A DNA stretch of 32,000 nucleotides. It comes from Candidatus Scalindua sp. GTDB lineage: Bacteria > Planctomycetota > Brocadiia > Brocadiales > Scalinduaceae. The translations under genes were made by a program, and so were the position numbers. Where the stretch lies: assembly GCA_031316235.1 (NCBI GenBank), contig JALDRA010000001.1, positions 2,490,001 through 2,522,000 of the forward strand, written 5' to 3'. Shown piece by piece: positions 17,395 to 24,979 of the stretch. The notes under the pieces were generated by a model. The model saw nothing but the letters and a program-made list of their open reading frames with translations. It was not told the origin of the DNA and searched no databases. Numbering within the stretch: position 1 is the first letter of the stretch; every line of letters begins with the position of its first letter.

Positions 17395-19843
17395 ATATCA
17401 CTACAGCGACACTTTTTTTCGCAGCTTCCGCTGCAATTTTTTGAATTCCTCTATTTTTGTTTTTCTATGAGAACGATAAGCACTATAATTCCTTTTCTGG
17501 TGGTACCTGATAAGTTCAATTACGTATTTTTTATCAAGTGGAATAACCGGCAGAACGGCCTCCAACAGCATACGAGCTTGGGGTAAAGTCAGAGCCGGTG
17601 TTTTTTTTTAATACTCCGCGTATTCTAAGCAAAAATAATTGTGCCAAAAAAACAAACGTCATATGCCTATGCCAGGCGGGCCAGGAACGATGTTCATAAT
17701 CTGCCATGCCTAATTCGCTTTTGCCTTCTTGAAATGATTGCTCGACAGGCCAGCGTAATACACATACACGTATCATTTCTTCAAGTGCCGTCTCTGCCGG
17801 AGCATTGCTGAGGCAGTACTTTATTTCATGTGTTTTAGGATCTTTTCTTAAAAACAGCCATCTTTCATTCTCCGCTGTACTGTCATCGCCTGCAAACACC
17901 CTGGTTCGAGCGACAAATCCATAAATTGGCCCTTTTGCTCCTTCAGCAAGTTGGGCCAGCTTCCACTTTACATTTCCGTCCTGTGCTATATCGGATACTT
18001 TTCTTTCAACTCTCTTCCGGCAAGCTTCACCATCTTGCGTGCTCACTAACACTTTCCGATTCTTTGCTATATCAGCTAGATAAAAAACCTGTGGAGGAAG
18101 ATTTTCTAAAAAATCAGGGCTATTGCCAAATATACTATCACACGTTATCCAACGAAATGGGAACAGCCCACCCGTACTCAATTCAGCAATCATCTCAACG
18201 GCAAGTTCCGGTTTCTTCCTGAATACCAAATTTTTAGGCACTTTGCATCTTTCACGTCTCTCTTTATACTCAGGGTCAAACCACTTTTCAGGCATATACA
18301 GCCGGCGGTCTATCAATCCATACCCCTTCGTACTCGTATATGCCACGTACACTCCAGACTGACAATTTTCTATTTTACCAAGACGGCCACAATATTGACG
18401 AGCGACTCCCACCGATTCCTTTCCTTTTTTCACCACTTCTCTACTATCAAGACTGAGTACTCCATCAGCTTCGGACAATAGTTTTGAGAGTTCCTCTTTG
18501 TGCCGTGAAGCGATAAATTCTCCATCCCACTTGTACTCTCCCATGAACCGTTGCAAGCTTCGTACTGTATCTTTACCTCGGAGTCGAAGTGCTATTGGCT
18601 CTATCGATTTACGATCAAGCTTACTTAATAAACCCTGCAAATAGCACAAGCTCAAATCTTTCTGCTCTTTCCGTCTGAATCCCTCCTCAAACAATGCGTG
18701 ATACTTCTCCAACTCTGTTGCAAGCTTTCCGATATCGCTTGCACTCAATTCAACTCCGGGTTCTACTTCAGGACTCCAGTCCGGGGGACGTACTATCATA
18801 CTGCTTCTCCTTTCCAATGGCAGATTGCTGTAAGGTCTGTTTGAAAGGAGATACTTTCGGGTAAGTAATGGTTCTGTTTTGTCTTGTTTAATCTTTTGTC
18901 TGCCTTGTGGATCTAATACATAAAAATAAACCTCCTTGCTGTTTCCATGGTATATAAATCCTTTCTGCTTTTTACGATAGCCCTTCGTGTTGCCAATTTT
19001 TACCCAGTTAGCTGCCTGATAACACGTTCCTGAAAATTTTGATGGATCGATAAATGTTTCCAGAAATAATAATCGGGTGCCATACTTCTCTACCCAATCT
19101 TTCTGCAATTGTCGGACAACTCGTGATAAAATATGTGATGCAATATTTTTTACCTCTACCCATGGCATGATCAGAAAGCGACTATTGTTTAGTACTTTGT
19201 CTAAAGCCTTTCTGCGCTCCTGCACATTCCAGCCTATGATAATGTCCCTGCAATATAACCGCTCTACTGCGGATTGCCAGCCCAGTGCCGCCACTAATCG
19301 ATCAGAGCTGTATATTAAATACCTTATGTTCTGCCCTACTAATACTCGATAGCCCAAATAGTGATATCTTCTATTGACGTACTTCCATATGCGGCCACTT
19401 TCTTTATCCGTTACGCTCTTTATCTTTAACGGAAGAAACACCTTTATGTTTCCCTTGATTTCTGTGGTATCCAACCTCACATGTTCTAACGGACGTTCGT
19501 TTTTGCATGATGGTGCCCTTTTGGAAGCAGGCAGTTGGATAAGCCCTCTCTCGGACAACGATTGCAGTATACTACGGCATGCACGATCTTTTAGATGTCC
19601 GTTAGCTTGTTTCCATTGCCAATGTTCTGACAACTTGATAGAGATATATACCCGGCCTCGGTTGCCATAGTGCTCTATCAAACCACGTACAACGGCTATA
19701 TCCGCTTCGCTTATTTCCCGGCCTCGAATGACAAGCCTGCGGCCTTCAGGTGGCTTACCCATAAAGTCCTCCTGTACTCTATGGGTGCGAGTTTAACCGA
19801 TTCGCTCAAAAGGCGCAAGAAAAAAATGTCGCTGTAGTGATAT
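17395..19843 (-). mobile_element. Intact-looking insertion sequence (~2.45 kb) with terminal inverted repeats and a single long transposase ORF
   Basis: The left end atatcactacagcgacac (17395-) and the reverse complement of the right end atatcactacagcgacat (-19843) give 17/17 identical nt, followed by a T-run. The outer palindromic ATAT could equally be a 4-bp target-site duplication (17395-17398 and 19840-19843). Confidence 0.85.
17534..19762 (-). CDS. Fusion transposase: N-terminal DUF4338 (Druantia DruA-like) domain + C-terminal IS701-family DDE transposase domain
   Basis: 742 aa. N-terminal ~300 aa: RRYHYLGYRVLVGQNIRYLIY, AALGWQSAVERLYCRDIIIGW, LNNSRFLIMPWVEVKNIASHILS, LLFLETFIDPSKFSGTCYQAANWVKIGNTKGY (DUF4338 pattern). 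C-terminal: LSLDSREVVKKGKESVGVARQYCGRLGKIENCQSGV, WITCDSIFGNSPDF, RWPVEQSFQEGKSELGMADYEHRSWPAWHRHM (IS701-type D, D, E). Confidence 0.8.
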   Translation of the reverse strand: MGKPPEGRRLVIRGREISEADIAVVRGLIEHYGNRGRVYISIKLSEHWQWKQANGHLKDRACRSILQSLSERGLIQLPASKRAPSCKNERPLEHVRLDTTEIKGNIKVFLPLKIKSVTDKESGRIWKYVNRRYHYLGYRVLVGQNIRYLIYSSDRLVAALGWQSAVERLYCRDIIIGWNVQERRKALDKVLNNSRFLIMPWVEVKNIASHILSRVVRQLQKDWVEKYGTRLLFLETFIDPSKFSGTCYQAANWVKIGNTKGYRKKQKGFIYHGNSKEVYFYVLDPQGRQKIKQDKTEPLLTRKYLLSNRPYSNLPLERRSSMIVRPPDWSPEVEPGVELSASDIGKLATELEKYHALFEEGFRRKEQKDLSLCYLQGLLSKLDRKSIEPIALRLRGKDTVRSLQRFMGEYKWDGEFIASRHKEELSKLLSEADGVLSLDSREVVKKGKESVGVARQYCGRLGKIENCQSGVYVAYTSTKGYGLIDRRLYMPEKWFDPEYKERRERCKVPKNLVFRKKPELAVEMIAELSTGGLFPFRWITCDSIFGNSPDFLENLPPQVFYLADIAKNRKVLVSTQDGEACRKRVERKVSDIAQDGNVKWKLAQLAEGAKGPIYGFVARTRVFAGDDSTAENERWLFLRKDPKTHEIKYCLSNAPAETALEEMIRVCVLRWPVEQSFQEGKSELGMADYEHRSWPAWHRHMTFVFLAQLFLLRIRGVLKKNTGSDFTPSSYAVGGRSAGYST

Positions 19844-20268
19844 AAGGTTAGATGCTATTAAATCAGAATAAGCTCCCTACTCCGGCAAGTCTGATATTAA
19901 GGCTCTAAGACATCATATGGAAAATAACCAAATCCCTGTTATGCCTTTTAAGACCATTCTATATGTTATTGCTTATTTTTAATGTATGTTCTTATTGATC
20001 TTTCAAAAAGTTTTGTTCGCATGCGATCAGGCAGGTTCGAGCAAAAGGATTTAAGGTCCTGATCAACGCGCACGCTTGTGTTGGCCTTTTCCCCTGTAAC
20101 AGAAATGTTTGTATGTGCTTTCATAATAATTATTCTAAGCGTAATGAATTATATTGATATGTATGTAATGGAAACATATTAAAACCAATAAAATTCACAA
20201 AAGCAATGAAAAATATAGGGGCCAAGGCCACTCTTGAATACATAGCGGAAATAAGGTACGCTCTTGTC

Positions 20269-20501
20269 ATGGCACGTCCACTAAGAATAGAATATCCAGG
20301 TGCGTGGTATCATGCAATGAACAGAGGATTAAATCAGTACTCCATATTTTTGGATAATTCCGATTATGAACTTTTTAATGTCTTCATTTTCTCAAACTGT
20401 TTGATGCCAAACATTACCATTTACTATTATACACACCGGAAGGCAATCTTGGACGTTTTATGAGGCATTTAAATGGTGTATATAAGCAAAGTCATAAATA
20501 G
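20269..20501 (+). pseudogene. Degraded Y1 (IS200-like/REP-associated tyrosine transposase-like, COG1943-type) gene
   Basis: MARPLRIEYPGAWYHAMNRG...IFLDNSDYELF...CLMPN, then a frameshift. Restoring one missing nt at about 20412/20413 gives PN(H)YHLLLYTPEGNLGRFMRHLNGVYKQSHK*, the HUH-containing core of this family. It is also truncated after about 90 codons. Confidence 0.7.
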
Positions 20502-20552
20502 GAAACGGGATTGTATACTTTACACAGGTTTAATATATTGCTAAACTTTGTT

Positions 20553-21332
20553 ATGCTTGAGCAAATTAAAGAAATACGAGATGTGTGGTCTATAATAAAA
20601 AATATGCCACCGACTCTGTGCATCGTTATATCAATTTTAATAGGAGTTGTTATAGGGGTCTACATTGGGTATTATCTTTTTTATCAGCCAAATCTAGTTA
20701 GTAAGGAAAACATTATAGATGGAAAGAATACTATTATACAAACCAAAGATACAATAATACAATCGAAAGATAATAAAATATTAGACTTAAAAGTAGAGTT
20801 AAGTAGTTGTAAAAAAAAATTAGCCCAATCAAAAAAATTAGATAATAACGATTTTGATAAAGAAAAGAAAACATATCTTACACCACTAGAAATTGAAAAT
20901 GAAGTACAAGATTGGTTAATTAATGAAGGTTATGTTGTGCAAAAAGTACAGTCAAAAAATACAGAATTTAGATTTATTATAACAAATACTATTGGTGATG
21001 AAATAATGGATAAAATTGTTGTTGAATTACCAAAATCAAAAGAACTGTATCTTATGTTTAAAGTAAAACTATCACTATCAAGTGAACACCAAGAAGCTAT
21101 AAGTAAGTTGAGTTTGGTAAAAAGAAATGAATTATTGGTTAGCATAAAAAACGCCTTAACTAATATAGGACTAGGTTTTGAAGTACCATCACCTGAAAAG
21201 ATAGAATTTGATCAGATTTTGTACATTGAAGATTTAAACAGATCAAATTTTTTTAAAATTCTTAACAGTTTGAAAAGGGCGCGTGTTATGATTTCGACTT
21301 TTTTTCATACAGCTATTATAATAAATCCTTAA
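20553..21332 (+). CDS. Hypothetical membrane-anchored protein: one TM helix, a coiled-coil/Lys-rich linker and a C-terminal globular domain
   Basis: Very AT-rich ORF. ATG 20553 is preferred (MLEQIKEIRDVWSIIKNMPPTLCIVISILIGVVIGVYIGYYLF). The C-terminal part (EVQDWLINEGYVV...FRFIITN...VKLSLSSEHQEAISKL...RNELLVSIKNAL) loosely recalls DUF2299/YbjN-like proteins; this recollection is low confidence. Confidence 0.5.
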   Translation: MLEQIKEIRDVWSIIKNMPPTLCIVISILIGVVIGVYIGYYLFYQPNLVSKENIIDGKNTIIQTKDTIIQSKDNKILDLKVELSSCKKKLAQSKKLDNNDFDKEKKTYLTPLEIENEVQDWLINEGYVVQKVQSKNTEFRFIITNTIGDEIMDKIVVELPKSKELYLMFKVKLSLSSEHQEAISKLSLVKRNELLVSIKNALTNIGLGFEVPSPEKIEFDQILYIEDLNRSNFFKILNSLKRARVMISTFFHTAIIINP

Positions 21333-21417
21333 GCTATTAATTTTTGATATCCTAAATTTCAAGGTTGTGGGTGCCACATTAAGAAGCTATCAGTTTTTGG
21401 TATTCCAAATTTCCAGA
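21331..21417 (+). repeat. Imperfect 34-bp direct repeat (two units, 53 bp start to start) at the junction between the AT-rich orphan gene and the GH130-like gene
   Basis: Unit 1 is aagctattaatttttgatatcctaaatttcaagg (21331-21364). Unit 2 is aagctatcagtttttggtattccaaatttccaga (21384-21417). 27 of 34 positions are identical by eye. Confidence 0.55.
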
Positions 21418-21500
21418 AACACTTGAATTTTATTAACAATTTTACTACTTATAGAAAATATCTAAAAAGCAATTTCCTATCATCTCATCAGGACGCATTA

Positions 21501-22580
21501 ATGAATAGAGAGAACGACCTTTCAAACGTCACAACAAGATATTCACGCAATCCCATTTTAGATTGCCATGCGGTCAATAAGGTTTGGAAAGAACCTCATT
21601 TAAAGGTGATGACTGTCCATAATGCAGGAGTAACAATCTTTGAAAAACAGGTCGTGATGCTGTTTAGATCCCACTTACGAAATGGTGTCTCTGTTATCGG
21701 CATCGCTAGAAGTAAAGATGGGTTGACAGGATGGGAAGTTGGAGACGGCCCGGTTTTAAAACCTTGCAACGAAGATGATCTCTTTGCTGACGGCTCTGAT
21801 ATTAAAAAGCAAATCGAGTCCGAGGCTGGTGGAGTTGAAGATCCCCGCATCTCAAAAATTGATAACACATATCTTATTACTTATAGCGCCTATCACGGGA
21901 CTATCAAAAATCAGGTAAGAGTGTCTCTGGTCTCAACTCAGGATTTTAAAACATTTCTCAGATATGGACCAGTACTGAAACAAGACATGCGAAATGTAGT
22001 CATCTTTCCTGAGAAGATTAATAATCGTTTTTTAGGACTTTTCCGTCCAAACGACTCCCTTCCAGGAGATCTTGGAGGCAGATTTCAAGAAATTCTTCTA
22101 GGGAGTAGCGAAGACTGGCGATCAGGTAAGTGGAATATCGAGGATTCTCCCATAATCAGACAATTGGGTGGGCCGAGCTCTTTTTCGGATAAGATTGGCC
22201 CCGGAGCGACACCGATTAAAACTTCCCATGGATGGATCAATATCTTCCATGGAGTAAGAAATACCATGGGTGGAAATCCCTACGTGCTGGGAGTTGCACT
22301 GCATGAGCTTGATAATCCGAAAAAGGTGATGATTTCTAATATCCCCATACTGTTTCCGACGTCAGCTGATTGTCGAGTTGGAGAAGAGGATTATGTTCAT
22401 GTTCCCAATGTGGTTTTTTGTTGTGGTGCTATTCGGAAGGAAGATGGTTCGATCCTCATCTATTATGGGGGAAATGATACCGTTATGAATGTCTGTTTTA
22501 CCCATGAAGATGTTTTGGCGCAGTTGTGTTGTCGCTACCCACAAAATCCAGAGACGGGAAGAGCTGAATATTCCATCTAA
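21501..22580 (+). CDS. Glycoside hydrolase family 130-like protein (beta-mannoside phosphorylase/glycosidase, DUF377-type five-bladed propeller)
   Basis: ATG 21501 is preferred over TTG 21423. Motifs: RNPIL, VHNAGV, SVIGIARSKDG, GGVEDPRISKI, ITYSAY, RNVVIFPEKI, GLFRP, GPGATPIKT, HGWINIFHGV, YVLGVALHELDNP, VPNVVFCCG, ILIYYGGNDT. Confidence 0.75.
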   Translation: MNRENDLSNVTTRYSRNPILDCHAVNKVWKEPHLKVMTVHNAGVTIFEKQVVMLFRSHLRNGVSVIGIARSKDGLTGWEVGDGPVLKPCNEDDLFADGSDIKKQIESEAGGVEDPRISKIDNTYLITYSAYHGTIKNQVRVSLVSTQDFKTFLRYGPVLKQDMRNVVIFPEKINNRFLGLFRPNDSLPGDLGGRFQEILLGSSEDWRSGKWNIEDSPIIRQLGGPSSFSDKIGPGATPIKTSHGWINIFHGVRNTMGGNPYVLGVALHELDNPKKVMISNIPILFPTSADCRVGEEDYVHVPNVVFCCGAIRKEDGSILIYYGGNDTVMNVCFTHEDVLAQLCCRYPQNPETGRAEYSI

Positions 22581-22609
22581 TATACGAAAACCGCTTGAAT
22601 TGCAACCCT

Positions 22610-23335
22610 ATGTTTTTTATCGTATCAAAAATATTAGCCTGGTTTCTATACCCGCTCAGCATAAGCTTTTTCCTGCTGGTGACGGCACTGGTTCTCAGTT
22701 ATCGAGCGAAAAGAAAGCTCTTCTTCGTATTTTTTATGAGCAGCCTGATGATACTGTATCTCTTCAGCATCAGGCCTACTGCTGATTTTCTGCTCAAGCC
22801 GCTTGAGCAGAAATATATCGAAAATAACAATCCTTTTTCCCCTGCGGACGCAATAGTCGTACTGGCCGGGGGAGAAGGAAAGAGGCTTATCAAGGGAGTA
22901 AGCCTCTTTCATAAAAAATTGTCGCCGCTGATTATTATGAGTGGAGGAAGCGGCAGCATTTTTGATCAGAGTCGAAAAGATGCACTATTGATGAAAGAGA
23001 GTGCTGTGGAACTCGGCGTACCAGAAGAGTCTATTATTGCCGAAGCAGAATCCAGAAACACAAGGGAGAATGCGATAAACACCAGGCAGATACTTGACAA
23101 AATTGGTGCAAAAAGGGTTTTGCTTGTAACAACCGCATCTCATATGCCACGGTCGTATGCATTATTTAAAAAGATCGGTATCGATGCGGTACCCGTTGCA
23201 ACTGATTTTTTTGTCAAGCCTGCACCTTACAATCCATTCAGTTTCGTACCGAATGCAGGAGATTTGCTAAACTCCACCATGGCCATACATGAATACATTG
23301 GTATTATTGCTTATCGAATGAAAGGATGGATATGA
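22610..23335 (+). CDS. DUF218/YdcF (ElyC/SanA-like) family membrane protein
   Basis: ATG 22610 is preferred over TTG 22595. Two N-terminal TM helices, then AIVVLAGGEG, IIMSGGSG, SRNTRENA, VLLVTTASHMPRS. Lies 30 nt downstream of the GH130-like gene, so it is probably co-transcribed. Confidence 0.75.
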   Translation: MFFIVSKILAWFLYPLSISFFLLVTALVLSYRAKRKLFFVFFMSSLMILYLFSIRPTADFLLKPLEQKYIENNNPFSPADAIVVLAGGEGKRLIKGVSLFHKKLSPLIIMSGGSGSIFDQSRKDALLMKESAVELGVPEESIIAEAESRNTRENAINTRQILDKIGAKRVLLVTTASHMPRSYALFKKIGIDAVPVATDFFVKPAPYNPFSFVPNAGDLLNSTMAIHEYIGIIAYRMKGWI

Positions 23336-23493
23336 CAATTGATGAAGAATGTATGGTATAGCGGCTGTCAGACAGATACCCAGCTCCAGGCTGCGTGACG
23401 TTACTTCCCTTTTTAATCCTTTTTTTATCACGGCAGTCTCACGCAAAAAAACAAGTACCTGCAATCTTTTTGCGTTAAATGCCGAGGTATTTT

Positions 23494-23520
23494 TTAAGTA
23501 TCGTCTAAATCCGCCGATAC
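23494..23520 (+). promoter_or_regulatory. Sigma28 (FliA)-type promoter candidate
   Basis: TTAAGTAT-N11-GCCGATAC compared with the enterobacterial consensus TAAAGTTT-N11-GCCGATAA (6/8 and 7/8 matches). It ends 18 nt before ATG 23539, with AAGGAG in between. Confidence 0.4.
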
Positions 23521-23538
23521 TACAAAAAAGGAGTTGTT

Positions 23539-23892
23539 ATGTATACAACGTTCAATTCTTCAATTTCTGGCATACGAGCTTATGGAAATAGTCTGGATGG
23601 ACTTGCGCATAATACAGCAAACATCAATACTGATGTGTATAAAAAACAACACGTTAACAACTTGAATCAAATTCGTCATAGGAAAGTTGCGGTAAATATA
23701 ACTGAAAACTCTCCTCCTGGTCCATTTTATAAAAACATTAAGGGGGATGTTATGGAAGGCTCAAAAGTTAATTTTATAAAAGAATTTGTAGTTATGATCA
23801 AATCAAACAATCAATTTTCGGCTAATCCTGCTGCAATTATACGTACTAATGCTAATGTGGCTCAAAAAAGTCTTATCGATATAATGGCTTAA
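23539..23892 (+). CDS. Short, divergent flagellar basal-body rod protein family member (FlgC-like), orphan
   Basis: 117 aa with a strong SD (AAGGAG). The N-terminal rod motif SISGIRAYGNSLDGLAHNTANINTDVYKK matches the NIAN.nT..yK pattern. The C-terminal SKVNFIKEFVVMIKSNNQFSANPAAIIRTNANVAQKSLIDI matches sNVd...EmvnmI.a.raYeaN. No other flagellar genes are in the window. Confidence 0.55.
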   Translation: MYTTFNSSISGIRAYGNSLDGLAHNTANINTDVYKKQHVNNLNQIRHRKVAVNITENSPPGPFYKNIKGDVMEGSKVNFIKEFVVMIKSNNQFSANPAAIIRTNANVAQKSLIDIMA

Positions 23893-24157
23893 AACCATTC
23901 ATATTCCTGTGAATCCAGATTTTCAAATTCCCCATTGCAATATGCCCCCTCATTTCAAAGTAATAAATAACTGATGTGTACCGCTGACAAAATTGACAAA
24001 ATTCCAGTTTGTTGTCGTTGCCGTTAAGTACCTTTGGTTTTTTCTTTGTTCAAATCAGTCTTTACATTGGGTCCACTTCAACCAGCCTCTGTATATCTTG
24101 AGATAGAAGGTACAGTAGTCAGAGTTTGATAAGACATCTGGTTTACGTTACCGTGAG

Positions 24158-24292
24158 GGTAAAGGACGGTCAGCCAAGCATACACGATTACTGATAGGTC
24201 TTCACTACTTGAAGAACACGTATAACCCGAGTAATGAGAAACCGGGAAGAGTATTTTCTGAAGCTTTGGCACTTGCACGACGCATATCATAG
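24158..24292 (+). pseudogene. Remnant of the N-terminal DUF772 region of an IS5/IS1182-type transposase
   Basis: Translates GKGRSAKHTRLLIGLHYLKNTYNPSNEKPGRVFSEALALARRIS*. Compare the family pattern GRPa...RLlvGL..LK..yNLSDEe. No DDE domain follows. Confidence 0.4.
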
Positions 24293-24540
24293 TACGAAAC
24301 CAGTAATAACGTATAATTAAACATCACAATGTTTAAAATCCCACCCCCCAATACTCTTCGTTGAACAATAAAATACCAGTTCAATTTGAAAAAGAATTTC
24401 TATAAAAATGCAGCTTGACAAAATGGGTGAAGTGCATGTGCGGTACAGAACTGAAATCCGGATTTTAAAATCTGGCAATTATTTTGCGTATACAAATGGA
24501 AGTGTTGAAAATTCTTAACCCAAGTTCTATATTCATGCTT

Positions 24541-24706
24541 ATATACTCATCTCATACTGGATTTCGGATACAGTCCGAGATAAAATTGAGCGAGTAAAGT
24601 TCTCGGCGCCTGGTCAGGGGATACCTGCCCGCCTGAACGACATGTCGGGCAGGTAACCAAGATTTGGTTTCCAGAAAAACCGAAAACCAAATCGGCTTTA
24701 GTATAT
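24541..24706 (+). repeat. Copy D of the structured dispersed repeat (longest form, with an extra internal hairpin)
   Basis: atatactcatctcatactggatttcggatacagtccgagataaaattgagcgagtaaagttctcggcgcctggtcaggggatacctgcccgcctgaacgacatgtcgggcaggtaaccaagatttggtttccagaaaaaccgaaaaccaaatcggctttagtatat. The extra hairpin is cctgcccg/cgggcagg. It lies about 270 nt upstream of the sensor kinase. Confidence 0.8.
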
Positions 24707-24858
24707 CTCATTGAGATGTAATAAATTTATTATAAATTTTTCATACCAAAAAGTTATACGCTTAATTCCCAAGCTGGTCCCCAGCTGCTGCCGGGGAGTG
24801 AATGGCAACAGCTATGCTTAAGTATTTATAAGAATAACCTCCTCCTGTATAGTGCATT

Positions 24859-24887
24859 TTGAAATGCTTGAAATTTTGCAATATAAA
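24859..24887 (+). promoter_or_regulatory. Sigma70-like promoter candidate for the sensor kinase operon
   Basis: TTGAAA (24859-24864), 17-nt spacer, TATAAA (24882-24887). About 93 nt upstream of ATG 24980, which is preceded by GGGGAGA. Confidence 0.35.
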
Positions 24888-24979
24888 AACAGAAGGATGC
24901 AAGTATTAAAAAATTACAATGCTTTTCTCATATGCGGGGCAAGGATGGAATATGAGACAAACAGGGGAGATAGAATACG

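Noticed and set aside
19966-20124. 52-aa minus-strand ORF MKAHTNISVTGEKANTSVRVDQDLKSF..., vaguely ribbon-helix-helix/antitoxin-like
   Set aside because: It is too short and has no SD upstream, no adjacent toxin partner, and a resemblance limited to a VRVDxDL segment.
20206-20552. Track start positions 20206 and 20511 for the two ORFs in this region
   Set aside because: The family N-terminus MARPLRIEYPG begins at 20269. 20206-20268 adds unrelated residues. 20511-20552 overlaps the tail of the pseudogene region, and ATG 20553 directly precedes the TM helix.
23441-23475. Inverted repeat acgcaaaaa...tttttgcgt downstream of the DUF218 gene, considered as a terminator
   Set aside because: The stem is AT-rich, the loop is 17 nt and no T-tract follows, so it is not a convincing intrinsic terminator.
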